From NCBI GenBank assembly GCA_035297365.1, contig DATGZA010000011.1:1-64000 (forward strand): a stretch of DNA of 64,000 bases, given 5' to 3'. This DNA is from Nitrososphaeraceae archaeon (GTDB lineage Archaea; Thermoproteota; Nitrososphaeria; Nitrososphaerales; Nitrososphaeraceae). Both the position numbers and the translations under genes were made by a program. Below are positions 42,686 through 53,508 of this stretch, in pieces. Numbering within the stretch: the stretch's first letter is position 1; every line of letters starts with the position of its first letter. The notes under the pieces are model-generated. The model was given only the letters and a program-made list of their open reading frames with translations, ran no database searches and was not told the DNA's origin.

Positions 42686-43181
42686 GAGCAAAAATTCAAT
42701 GACCAAACCGGAAGAATTCTGATTTTAATAGAGAACTAATTGTTAGCAATATTTTAAAACAGATATAGATTAATGTAATTGTTTAAATTGTGGTTTTCCT
42801 AACATAAGCCGATTTTTTATTTTAGTATTTTTATCACGATATATTTGTGACTTGCGTTTTCAATTTGTTAAAATATTCTTTTTAAAATGTCTTTTATTCC
42901 TATTATATAAAAGATCTCAATCCAATAATTATATGCATCTACAATTGTCATATTTAATACTTGAGTCGATTGATACATTGATTTTTGCTATTTGAAATAT
43001 GATTCTATTTCTAGTTTTTATCAACGTAATCGCCTTCATTCACATCTCTTTTCTTACTCTCTTGTATATTTGTATGAAAATTTTTAAATTAATCAACGTA
43101 TTGTTTTTTCTTTCTGTTTTGTTTGTTTAAATTATATCCTATCTATCTTTCTGTAGTATCATGGATGTGAATATGCTAGGC

Positions 43182-44618
43182 TCATTTTGAATCGTTATTG
43201 TCAAATCTTTTCTTCCGCCAGTGATCATCTATAGCGTCTCTTTCTTCTATTGCTAACTTTACATAATCTCTAAGATTGTTTTCTGTAACTTCATACGAAA
43301 AATCGCCAACCTGTTTTTGTATTTCCTTCTGTTGTTTTTGTATAATCTTTGTTACCTTCCTCTCTATCTCTTGTTCCATCTGTGCAGTTCCGATGTTACC
43401 AACCAGATCATTCATAGATCCTTTGATTGATTTTCTTAAAGAGATGTCATGTGATATTGATATTGCAGAGAGGTATAATCCAAAACTAAACAAGTACGAA
43501 GATAGCATTACAAGTGAATGAGCAGCAACTCCGTATGTCGGTTGTATTGCCGACGTAGAAAGTGAAATACCAACCATAGTATCACCTATTGCTGCGATGA
43601 TTAGATAATCTTTTAATTTTGATGAGACCAAACTCTTTACAATCATAAAAAAGGCTAGACCAAATAGAACATTTCCTGCTATAGTACCTATTCTAAATAA
43701 AAGTCTAAAAAAATAACGATACTGTTCGTCTACTCCTGATAAACCTTCACCTGAAAAGAAGCCTGGCGCCTTTCCAATCAAGTAAAATATCAATGGAAGT
43801 GACAAAATTATCCAAAGTAATAGCGGGAGTTTACCTACTCTCTGATAAAGGGTACGTAATAGTGAGGTAGATGCAATCCATCTAAATCCAAATGCTATTG
43901 GAAGAACCGTGGAATTGAGAAGATTATAAAATATTAGACTTGAATTTGGCATTATATAAAGAAAAGTAGTATCTGAATTCACTATTTTGTATATTATTTC
44001 GCCATCATATTTCTCAGAGGCTTCATATAAGAAAGATGATTCTGTCGTTACTCCTGGTGGCGACTTTTCTTGTACTACCTGTATTAATAATAATTTAGTC
44101 CCGGCATCTTCTAATATCGATGAACCAAGTGTCAATGCTGCAATTCCATAAAATAAAATAACGAGATTTTTATAACTAGTTAATTTATACCATGAAATTA
44201 ATTTGAAGGATATGATGGCTAATATTATGGTTGATGCTATTGAACTAACTGCGAAAATTGAAGGAGATAGAAATCTATTACCAGTATTACTAATAAGCAT
44301 AAGCAGGAGTACCAGAAATAAGGAAAATTGAATTATAACCATACTCCAATGCATTAGATTAATAAAACGGGATTTGGTTCGGATATCCTTACTTATTTGT
44401 GTAGTGTATCCTAGAAGGATCCAAGATCCTATACCATATCCAATAACCACAGTCAAAATAAACATTAGGATTTCCATATCCTTGGTATAAGGCAAAATCT
44501 GCCTGGTCATCAATAAGTCAATAATCAAAATAAAAAATATAGCAACTCCTGTTATGACAGGTATTTTCCTGTTACGCATAATAGGTATTTGGAGAAAAAA
44601 GTATCTACCAAGACTCAT
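43182..44618 (-). CDS. Third paralog of the polytopic membrane protein with helical tail
   Basis: LSLPLIFY, QPTYG and SA.SISHDISLRKSI...NIGTAQMEQE. Confidence 0.85.
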   Translation of the reverse strand: MSLGRYFFLQIPIMRNRKIPVITGVAIFFILIIDLLMTRQILPYTKDMEILMFILTVVIGYGIGSWILLGYTTQISKDIRTKSRFINLMHWSMVIIQFSLFLVLLLMLISNTGNRFLSPSIFAVSSIASTIILAIISFKLISWYKLTSYKNLVILFYGIAALTLGSSILEDAGTKLLLIQVVQEKSPPGVTTESSFLYEASEKYDGEIIYKIVNSDTTFLYIMPNSSLIFYNLLNSTVLPIAFGFRWIASTSLLRTLYQRVGKLPLLLWIILSLPLIFYLIGKAPGFFSGEGLSGVDEQYRYFFRLLFRIGTIAGNVLFGLAFFMIVKSLVSSKLKDYLIIAAIGDTMVGISLSTSAIQPTYGVAAHSLVMLSSYLFSFGLYLSAISISHDISLRKSIKGSMNDLVGNIGTAQMEQEIERKVTKIIQKQQKEIQKQVGDFSYEVTENNLRDYVKLAIEERDAIDDHWRKKRFDNNDSK

Positions 44619-45193
44619 GATTTAGATGCCCCCTAGAATTATTTAAATTAATTAAACTTTGATAATAAGAAATCATATTATCAATTAATAAAAATAATAA
44701 AATTAAATTTTTGTAGAAGGAAGATGCTTTTATATATACTATAAAATAAGTTTAAAAAGTATCGCATTTTCGCAATTTTTGTATTGCTTCAATTAATTGA
44801 GGAAGCATATTGATCCTTTATAACATACAAAATTTGTTTGTATTATAATATTAAAAAAATTAGTTAAAAAATAAGATATTAATTAATAAGTTTTCAATTA
44901 TTGAATTTCTATTCTGTTAATATCAGAATTATAACTGTAAAATCTTTTCCTGCTATTATCTGCTTTTTTTATTAATTATGACAAAAAGACAGATTATCAC
45001 TCAATCTACCGACATAAATTCATATCGGCTTGATATTCCAGTTCAACTTTCATCGATCGTTTCACTTCTTTTCTTACAGTCGTGTTTGAATATTCTTTCA
45101 TAAATTATAGCTATCTTTTCATTTAATTTGGTATTTAATATTTTTTTTAATTTTATTGATTGCGTATATACAATTTTATAGATTGCATATATA

Positions 45194-46147
45194 CTAATAT
45201 CCTTTAATATGTAACCCTGAGTCGTATACAATATTCTTCATCTGAAAAATTTGATAACCATTTTCAAATAAATATTTCATTTCCTTTTCAAATAAATCAG
45301 GTTTGATACTATAATCATCTTCACTATAATCAATCATATGATAAACGAGGATTGGAATTGCCCTTATTACGTATTCGCTATTGTATCTTGTTTGACTATC
45401 TACTATTTCTTTAAATTTTTCATACATTTCCTCATCAGAATATCCACCAGATTTTTTATAGGCTTCATGACTCAATCCAGTTATTGTATACCTTTTGAAA
45501 TCTAATTGTGTTGTATTTTCATTATTTTTATGTGAAGCATGTTGACATTGATTTTCGTGTTTATCATCATATACAAAACCTTCATCGTCATCTTTACATG
45601 AAAAAAACATAAGTGGCTCAGTTGCGGTCCGAGCAAGATAGTAATTGTCAGCAATAATTTTTATTATATTTTTGTTTGTATCGCCATCATTATATGGGAA
45701 GGAGAAACTGGTTACATTAAATCCTTTTTCATGTAGACATCTTTTGGATTCAATAATTTCATATTTTATATCATTATCTGATAATTTCCCAAGTCGTTTA
45801 TGGTTCATTGAATGAGAACCAATTTCATGGCCTTCTTGGGCAAGCGACTGGATATCATCCCAATTCATTCTATCGTCTTTACCTACAAAATTACAAATGA
45901 TATAGAAGGTAGCCTTAAAATTGTAAATATCTAAAATTGGTTTTGCGTAAGTGAACTGACTTAACATTCCATCATCAAATGTTAAAATTGCTGCTTTTAT
46001 TGGTTCAGCCAAGGAATAAGAAATCAGAACAGGAGAAGAAGATAATAATATTATCATTAAAAAAAGGAATACTGTTAAACAATACATAGTAAGAATTTCA
46101 AAAATGTGCAAGATATTTAGGTATTGCTTTAAATTGATTTTGTACAA
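45194..46147 (-). CDS. Polysaccharide deacetylase (CE4/NodB-like) with permuted motif order
   Basis: LTFDDG, HEIGSHSMNH and FSFPY; IPILVYH lies at the C-terminus. Confidence 0.88.
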   Translation of the reverse strand: MYKINLKQYLNILHIFEILTMYCLTVFLFLMIILLSSSPVLISYSLAEPIKAAILTFDDGMLSQFTYAKPILDIYNFKATFYIICNFVGKDDRMNWDDIQSLAQEGHEIGSHSMNHKRLGKLSDNDIKYEIIESKRCLHEKGFNVTSFSFPYNDGDTNKNIIKIIADNYYLARTATEPLMFFSCKDDDEGFVYDDKHENQCQHASHKNNENTTQLDFKRYTITGLSHEAYKKSGGYSDEEMYEKFKEIVDSQTRYNSEYVIRAIPILVYHMIDYSEDDYSIKPDLFEKEMKYLFENGYQIFQMKNIVYDSGLHIKGY

Positions 46148-46255
46148 TTACATGATTAAATGTTATGCTATTACTTTATGTAGATAAATTCATTTTCATA
46201 TTTGTTTTATCTTTGTAATTACTGATATATTTATTCTTATGTATTCAAACTCATG

Positions 46256-46282
46256 ATAGTCAACTGTTTTTGACACAATTTT
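46256..46282 (+). repeat. Dispersed GTCAA-N6-TTGAC element, copy C
   Basis: ATAGTCAA CTGTTT TTGACACAATTTT. Confidence 0.85.
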
Positions 46283-46383
46283 CTAATCCATAACAACTAA
46301 ATGTAATAAGATCATATCTATGATACTTTTATTGTAATCTAATAGAAAAAATTTTATGTGAATGTTAAAATGTTTTTTTATAA

Positions 46384-46695
46384 ATGTCTCAGTCTCAAAT
46401 TTTTGATATAGATACATTTTTATCAAATTTTCCTAAATCTAGATATTTTATTGAGGTAATGAATACACCAACCATGGAAGTTGGGATAATAAACTTGAAG
46501 AAAAGTCAAAATGACACTCAAGAACCTCACGCTTCAGATGAAATTTATTACGTTATAAGTGGGAGCGGAACAATAGATATAGATGGAATCGAAAATGAAG
46601 TTAATCCTGGAAAAATAATTTATATTCCGAAAAAAATCCCTCACTCATTTCATGCCATTACTAAAGAATTAATTGTTTTATACGTACTAGCATGA
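46384..46695 (+). CDS. Cupin domain protein
   Basis: PHASDEIYYVISGSG...IYIPKKIPHSF. Confidence 0.9.
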   Translation: MSQSQIFDIDTFLSNFPKSRYFIEVMNTPTMEVGIINLKKSQNDTQEPHASDEIYYVISGSGTIDIDGIENEVNPGKIIYIPKKIPHSFHAITKELIVLYVLA

Positions 46696-47079
46696 ATACA
46701 TAATTAGGTCTCAATAAATAATTAGATTAATAGGTGTCTAATTCTGCTACTAATGATATAGGTTGTACATAATCATTTGACACCGTTTAATGCAAAAAGT
46801 TAAATATGACTTCAAACCTGCAAAAAACTTTTGTGATTATTTCCGGTATCCCAATCAGATAAATAACAAATCCTTGATATTTACTAGTTTGAAAGAGCGT
46901 AAAGAAGAACCTTGGGAAATACTGCTTGGTTTAAACTCTTTATCTTTTTTAATTTTTTTATCCTAATTGTTGAAATCGGAATTAGATTTTTATATACTTC
47001 CTTTTTATTCTTCTATTTGTCAGTATTATAATCAAATTTACCAACTTTATTTATAAGTAGCAATACTTTTTATTTTATA

Positions 47080-47370
47080 ATGAAATGTATTATTTGCAAA
47101 CGTAATAGAGTAGAGATACCTGATAAATCCTCTAATTATTGTTGGCAACATCAACAAATTTACATTAGTATAAAAAATCTATATGTTAGTGTGTTCAAAG
47201 CATATGGTTCTATTTCTTGGCAAAATTTTTTACTTAAAGTTCTAGATAAAAAAATTGACAAACCTTGGAAAAATTCTTTAATTGACTACTATGGAAAATT
47301 ATCTCCAGGAATTTTAAACGTCGTTAATTCGGAATTGCAGTTGTCACAAAATGGCAAAAAATTAAAATGA
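47080..47370 (+). CDS. Small hypothetical protein with N-terminal CxxC...CxxH
   Basis: MKCIICKR...YCWQH...AYGSISW. Confidence 0.6.
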   Translation: MKCIICKRNRVEIPDKSSNYCWQHQQIYISIKNLYVSVFKAYGSISWQNFLLKVLDKKIDKPWKNSLIDYYGKLSPGILNVVNSELQLSQNGKKLK

Positions 47371-47827
47371 TATTTTCAAAATTAATGTTATAATTAATAA
47401 ATCAACTATAAGTAATAATTAACTTTTGGTAATTGATAAATATTTCATTCTATTTTTTAAAATGACAATACTAATCAAGGTATTACAAAAGTATTCAGGA
47501 AAAATTTCAACTGAAGATAATTAATTGTTACCGTCAGATAGAAAGAGATAATTAACCGATTCGGTTATCACGTATGTAATACTTTTTATATGCTTGACTA
47601 TTTTGTTATTATTACAACTACTTAATCTTCTTTAGAAAGAAACATTTCATATGAAGTGTAACAATCGATATCTTGATGCTCTCTTGTTCCTTGTATATTT
47701 TTGCAATGATGTCAGAGCTCTATTATTTAATATATAAACAAATTATTTTTGAATGCACTACAGTCTGATTTGGATTTATCATGGTCATCATATATTTTAG
47801 TAAAAAAACCAAGTAGTTGAAATAAAT

Positions 47828-48685
47828 ATGGTTTTTATATTATATATTTTGTATATAAAAATGGATCAAATAGAAAAATTATGTGTTCCTCCATTAAAAG
47901 AAGGAAAAAGAGATGACGAAATAAGCTTATCTAAATGGAATCCAGATGATACTTTCGGTAAGGAAAAAGAGGAAATAGAAAAAGAGTTAGATGAGATCCT
48001 CCCAGAATTGTCTGAGCTTCAATACAAATTATATGCTGAGAGGGAAAAGTCATTATTAATTATTCTGCAGGGAACAGATGCATCAGGAAAAGATGGAGTA
48101 ATACGTAATGTAATTCGAGTTTTTAATCCTGCAGGATGCAAGGTAGAATCATTTAAAGTTCCAACATCAGAGGAATTATCTCATGATTTTCTTTGGCGTA
48201 TCCATAAGGTAATTCCTTCAAAAGGTTATATTGGAATATTTAATCGATCTCACTATGAAGATGTTATAGAAGTACGTGTAAATAATCTAGTATCAGAAAC
48301 AATTTGGTCACAAAGATATAGACAAATTAATGATTTTGAAAGACATCTATCAGAAAATAATATAAGGATAGTAAAATTTTTTTTATATATAAGCAAGAAA
48401 GAGCAAATAGATAGACTACGTGATCGAGTTTTAGATCCTTCAGAAAATTGGAAGGTTTCTGCAGATGATTATGGGAGAACAAAAAAATGGGATCTGTATA
48501 TGAAAGCTTATGAAGATGCCTTGAAATTATGTAGTACTGAGTGGACACCTTGGTATGTAGTTCCAGCTAATAAAAAGTGGTTTAGAAATTGGGTTGTAGC
48601 TAAAGTTATCAGGAAAAATTTGCTAAAACTCGATCCTAATTTTCCCAATAAAAAGGTCGACAAAAGTTTGTTGGATAATATCTGA
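47828..48685 (+). CDS. ppk2: Polyphosphate kinase 2 family protein
   Basis: QGTDASGKDG Walker A, HDFLWR, FNRSHYEDV and PWYVVPANKKW; start may be ATG47861. Confidence 0.93.
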   Translation: MVFILYILYIKMDQIEKLCVPPLKEGKRDDEISLSKWNPDDTFGKEKEEIEKELDEILPELSELQYKLYAEREKSLLIILQGTDASGKDGVIRNVIRVFNPAGCKVESFKVPTSEELSHDFLWRIHKVIPSKGYIGIFNRSHYEDVIEVRVNNLVSETIWSQRYRQINDFERHLSENNIRIVKFFLYISKKEQIDRLRDRVLDPSENWKVSADDYGRTKKWDLYMKAYEDALKLCSTEWTPWYVVPANKKWFRNWVVAKVIRKNLLKLDPNFPNKKVDKSLLDNI

Positions 48686-48882
48686 GATTTTTTGATCCAA
48701 TTTGATGCTATTTGAATAAATAAAAGATCTACTGCATGGTGTGCCTTGGATAAATTTTTTTATAAATTTAAAATAAAAATGTAAGATATTATAAATTCCA
48801 TATTAGTTTTTACCATGAAGCATATTCAATCATCTGGATTTTTACATGATCACTAATTACGTAATAGATCTTGATTATAAAA

Positions 48883-49600
48883 AGCTGTGTTAAGTTAAGC
48901 AATAAAGTTATAGCTAAGAATATCATATCCATTATATGAAATAAAATTTGATAGAAATAGAACATGTGCCTGTATTGTAATATATTCTTTGTATCTGTAT
49001 TTTCTTGGTCTCCGTTTAAGAAATACGTCTAAAGTATTAATGCTCTTTAAAGGTAAGAAAAGGAGTTATGTGCCTGTATAGAATTGGGTTCAAAGATTTG
49101 GTTTCTGCAGGATCTATAAAAGAAAAATAATAATAGCATTCATGATGGATAAAGCCATTATTTAAATTGGCAACCAACATTTCCTGCAATGGGTCTATAT
49201 TGAACCAATTCACAGTTCTTTGCTTGGAATCTATATCTCAGAGGAGAGAAACATGATAGTTGATGAAAAATTCATTAGATCCTTGGTTGACAAATACGGA
49301 AAACATGTTGTGTTTACAGATGGAGGTACATGGGAGGATGAAGCATGTAACATAATTCGCTTAAAACAGTATCTGCAGTCACCATTTCGGAAAATTTTGA
49401 TGGAAAGAGTTAACCAATATTTTAAGGATAGAATCGAATCTTTTGATGACTATTATCGTATATACAAGAGGAATGTAATCTGTTACATTGACATAACTGG
49501 ATACATTTCTTTGTCGCTATGTATAATGATATAATATTTGAAAATTATTTTATAATTGAGATGCAAGAGAAAGGTGAATTTATCTTAAGTTAATAGAGCC
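48883..49600 (+). mobile_element. Decayed IS6-family element (~718 bp) with both terminal inverted repeats
   Basis: Left end AGCTGTGTTAAGTTAAG, right end (reverse complement) GGCTCTATTAACTTAAG; disrupted transposase DRNRT..LYLYFLGL..RN, TDGGTW, ERVNQYFKDRIESFDDY. Confidence 0.85.
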
Positions 49601-49744
49601 AAGTTAAACTTATTATTGATGATAAGCGTATTTTTAATGTAATAATAAACACTATGGCATAATCAGGTTTTATCGGATCATTGCCAAGTTATAAAAATTT
49701 GATTAAGTATAAAAAGAAAAAAGAAGAAATTATTTATTTTTTAT

Positions 49745-50302
49745 TTATCCGTTATACGAACCTTCTATCTTTCTTATGTAATTGAAAGTAATTCGCATTG
49801 TATCGTTGTAATATCTTTGTGTGAGTTCTAATGATTTCTTAACATTCTCAACACTACTCACAAAAATTTCATTTATAAAATTTGTTGTATTTACTGTACT
49901 ATCTTGTATGTTTTTGTTTAAGGTATTATATGTTTCAGAGTATCTTTCTGGAATCTTGAAATTTTGCCAGTATGACTTGTTTATATTGTTCAAGAATTGA
50001 GAATATGATGATTGATATGTATTAAAGATATTTTTTTGTAGTTCTATAATGTTGTAAGAAGCTTCTTGTGTAGTTCTGCTGATTTGTTCTTGATAATTCC
50101 TGAAAGTATCTACATTCTTTTCAAAAATTCTTCTGTTATCATCTTGAAATTTATTTACGCTTTCATTAATCTTTTCTGTAGTTTGAGACATATTGGATGC
50201 TGTATCCTTATATTGTTGTCTCTGCTGTTCAAGATATCTTTCTGTGGTTTCCTTAAATTGGTTTATATTTTCTTTTACATCATCTTTTTTAGTTGAAGAC
50301 AT
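49745..50302 (-). CDS. Gln/Asn-rich helical protein, phasin-like
   Basis: Amphipathic coiled-coil composition; IELQKNIFN..QS and PERYSETY. Confidence 0.7.
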   Translation of the reverse strand: MSSTKKDDVKENINQFKETTERYLEQQRQQYKDTASNMSQTTEKINESVNKFQDDNRRIFEKNVDTFRNYQEQISRTTQEASYNIIELQKNIFNTYQSSYSQFLNNINKSYWQNFKIPERYSETYNTLNKNIQDSTVNTTNFINEIFVSSVENVKKSLELTQRYYNDTMRITFNYIRKIEGSYNG

Positions 50303-50729
50303 ACACTAAATATTGTTTTGAGTGATATTAAGATTAATACTATTGACTATGTATTTTTCATTTATATTATATGTACAATTGTCTAAAACGTTGTAAAACA
50401 TAGGGCAAGATGATTATGAAAGTAATAGTTATCATTAAAGTCAAAGGAAAATCGATATTAATATTTTAGAATTTTATATCGTCTCTACAAATGATCAATA
50501 CAATTTAATAGTAAATAAAATGATTCCACGAGTTGAGCGTGGTAAGTGGAATTTAACATAAAAACTTTTATTTTTAAACTGATATACTACTTATATAATT
50601 ATTTTAGATACAACTTAGTTTTGAATAAAATACAATAAATATAATATTCTTTTTGAAGGAAGATTGGAAAAATCAACTGAATTTTTATAATTTCTATGTA
50701 ATATTCTAAAAATCAACAATTGTAACAAA

Positions 50730-50786
50730 GCCTCGATACCGTACGGACTGGAGAGAATAGTCAACTGATTTTGAAACAATTTTGTA
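50730..50786 (+). repeat. Dispersed GTCAA-N6-TTGA element, copy D (long form)
   Basis: GCCTCGATACCGTACGGACTGGAGAGAATAGTCAA CTGATT TTGAAACAATTTTGTA. Confidence 0.85.
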
Positions 50787-51045
50787 TTTCATGGAAAGTC
50801 GAGAATAATCTAAAGAACAGTCATTATCACATCTCATAAATGTCAACTGGGTATTTAATATTATACACTTTAGTATTACTGAAATATCAGGTTTGACAAA
50901 AAAACGCTAAGATAATGTCATTTAAAAAAATTTTTCAGAAGAGTAGAAAAAGTCGAGAAATTTTAGTTTCTGCTTTTACTGCTGTATCTGTTGGAATTAT
51001 TATCTCTCAACGTGTTTATAATCCTACTAAATCAACAGAAATTAT

Positions 51046-51173
51046 GGCCATGTTAAGTTAAGGAAAATAGATGGATAGAAAGGAAAAAATCTTGTAAAAG
51101 TGAGGACTGTACAGCACAGAACATATAGAATTATGTAATATGACTATTACTTTACCCTTAAGTTTACAGGGCC
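51046..51173. mobile_element. 128-bp MITE with IS6-type terminal inverted repeats
   Basis: Left GGCCATGTTAAGTTAAGG versus right (reverse complement) GGCCCTGTAAACTTAAGG, 15/18 identical; resembles the ends at 48883 and 49600. Confidence 0.7.
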
Positions 51174-51182
51174 AAAAATAAT

Positions 51183-52415
51183 CTATATCGACCTCTGATT
51201 TTCCCTAACAGTATATGTTCTGTCCTTCCAATTAACAGCGTGTTTATAACCTGAATTAATTATAGATGTAAAAAATGCAATAAATACAAAAGTACATGCT
51301 AATGGAAAGGCTATCGAATAGTAGATATTTTGAACCATTAAATATTTTAAATGCAAAATACTTGTAATTATCAACAATAAAATTGATGTTATGGCTAAAG
51401 ATAGCAAAACTACATTTAGGTTGGTCATATAATCTGTTATATGTTCTTGCTGTAAGACAGTGGTCATAATTGAAAATGGCAATACAATTAGAGGTAGTAA
51501 GAGCAAAAGAAATGTTGCAATTACCATCAAACACGCCTTTATTTTTTCTCTTTTGTATATGGAAATCATTAATCTTATAAGTCCATGCCAAAGAGTAGAA
51601 GGGTCTCTTGCCCATAAAGCCTCTATGTGATCTTTGCCATTAACTACTTTAAGTTTAAAGCCTTTCTCTTTTACTTTTCTTCCTAGTGCACCATCTTCTA
51701 CAATTTCTTCCCTTACTGCTTTATGAGTACCTATTGCCTCATAGGTTTTTCTTGTTATTATAAAAAAACTCCCAAAGAGGTATCCTATCTTGCTATTGGG
51801 ATTATTTGCTTTTAGCGCAGAGTATCTAGCCAAAGAAAGAGTCCAAAGTATAGGTAGAGTAATCTTTGTCCAAAAATCAGTTGCCAATATTTTGGGCATT
51901 GCAGTAAGAACATCAAGTTCTTCAGATAAAAAATGATTCACAGCTAAAGAGATAGAGGTTAAAGAATGTATAGTATCCGCATCAGTAAAAACAATGAGAT
52001 CGCCTGTTGATTTAAGATATCCCTGATGGCAAGCCCAATTCTTTCCTGTCCAGTAATCTGGCTTTGGTTCTGCATTAAGATACACAACTCTAGAATTTGT
52101 TGTGCTATAATTCTTAATTATTTCAGCTGTTCTATCAGATGAAGAATCGTTAATTACAACTATTTCATAATCGGAATAGTCTTGCTCAATTAAAGTTTCT
52201 AGACATTTCTCTATGTATTTTTCCTCATTTCTTGCAGGAACAATTATGCTCACCTTGGGAAGAACGATGTTTTTTTTAGATGATGTGAAAGAATGTAGTT
52301 TTGGTACCGCTATTAGAGATTTTATAGTATAAACAAGAAAATATACCCATGAAAAGAAAACACTAGAAATAATAGCTACTAACGTTATTAATACAGCAAA
52401 ATTATATTCTACCAA
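51183..52415 (-). CDS. GT2 glycosyltransferase, membrane-associated
   Basis: VSIIVPARNEE, NDSSSDRT, WTGKNWAC, FTDAD and VEDGALG. Confidence 0.92.
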   Translation of the reverse strand: MVEYNFAVLITLVAIISSVFFSWVYFLVYTIKSLIAVPKLHSFTSSKKNIVLPKVSIIVPARNEEKYIEKCLETLIEQDYSDYEIVVINDSSSDRTAEIIKNYSTTNSRVVYLNAEPKPDYWTGKNWACHQGYLKSTGDLIVFTDADTIHSLTSISLAVNHFLSEELDVLTAMPKILATDFWTKITLPILWTLSLARYSALKANNPNSKIGYLFGSFFIITRKTYEAIGTHKAVREEIVEDGALGRKVKEKGFKLKVVNGKDHIEALWARDPSTLWHGLIRLMISIYKREKIKACLMVIATFLLLLLPLIVLPFSIMTTVLQQEHITDYMTNLNVVLLSLAITSILLLIITSILHLKYLMVQNIYYSIAFPLACTFVFIAFFTSIINSGYKHAVNWKDRTYTVRENQRSI

Positions 52416-52773
52416 TTAATATAAAGAAACCTTTCTTATTACATATAAATAATATTTATATTATTTTATGCGTCAATATCTATAAATACATCAAAATTTA
52501 TGAGAATGCCTTGACACGTAATTGGGATCTGTCTTTTACAAATGCAAATTTTTATATTGTTAAAGTTTTAGATAATTAAAAATTATTTTTTATATGCTTT
52601 ACGATAGATATGGGAAAGTAAAAATAAATCTTATTGTTATTTTCAGAGAACTATTCATCCATGTTGTTCTTTTGATATCTAGCAGTTAAATATAATATTA
52701 TAACGATAATATAAAAATAATCATAGAGTATTTACTACCATGGATGTTTTGCTCAATTCACTGACTTGGATAA

Positions 52774-53460
52774 TTAACAATATATTAATAAATTTGAAAA
52801 AAGAAAGATAGTATTATAGATGAATTGATCTATTGGATAAGGATGATAAGTTGTCTTAAAAAAACTGCCTAGTCTAGTTAAAATATTCTCATTAAATAAG
52901 TTAAGCTCTTTATTATATGCGCATTTATTTAATTCATTTACATCGTTGTTACAACTTTGAATAAGTAGTAAAATTCTTTTATTCTGGAAAATATCATAAG
53001 GAAGAAAAGTGATTTGACTTTCTTTTCCATTGAATTTTTCTAAAATACTTCCTGATTTACCCTCCAATGCAAACTCAACAGATGTAAGATTTGAAAACTC
53101 CCCTTTTTTCTCATGGGGTTTTTTTTGAGGTTGAGGTCTAATTTTCATTAGAGTCTCCAATCTTTACTCCATTTTTGTCAATTATTACCAATCTGGTATT
53201 ATTTTGCAAATTAAAATTGGTCATAATTGTTAAAATTAATAGTTCCATACACCATTCCTATCAAATCATTTTCTTTTATTACTAGAACTAGCAATTACTG
53301 CCAGATTTCTTCCTGTCGCTTTAGAAATAATTGCATCGCTCAAGTTTTTTTAGTCTGTTCTACTGCTTGATAATAATCTCTAAATGAAAAATTGCTTGTA
53401 GTTAGATTTAATTGACGTTCAAATGGTTCATCAAAATACGCCTCTCCGTTATTTTTATTA
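52774..53460 (-). pseudogene. Decayed Cache-like sensor-domain gene
   Basis: Fragments GEAYFDEPFERQLNLTTSNFSFRDYYQAV, AIISKATGRNLAVIA and LIGMVYGTINF lie in shifting frames with stops. Confidence 0.55.
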
Positions 53461-53508
53461 AGTGAATTGTTAGATCATCATTTAATAGAATAAATCAAAT
53501 GCATTAAA

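Noticed and set aside
42515-42706. ORFs 42515..42706 and 60357..60557 (-) crossing the dispersed repeat
   Set aside because: They read the repeat in different frames and share no protein similarity, so the conservation is at DNA level
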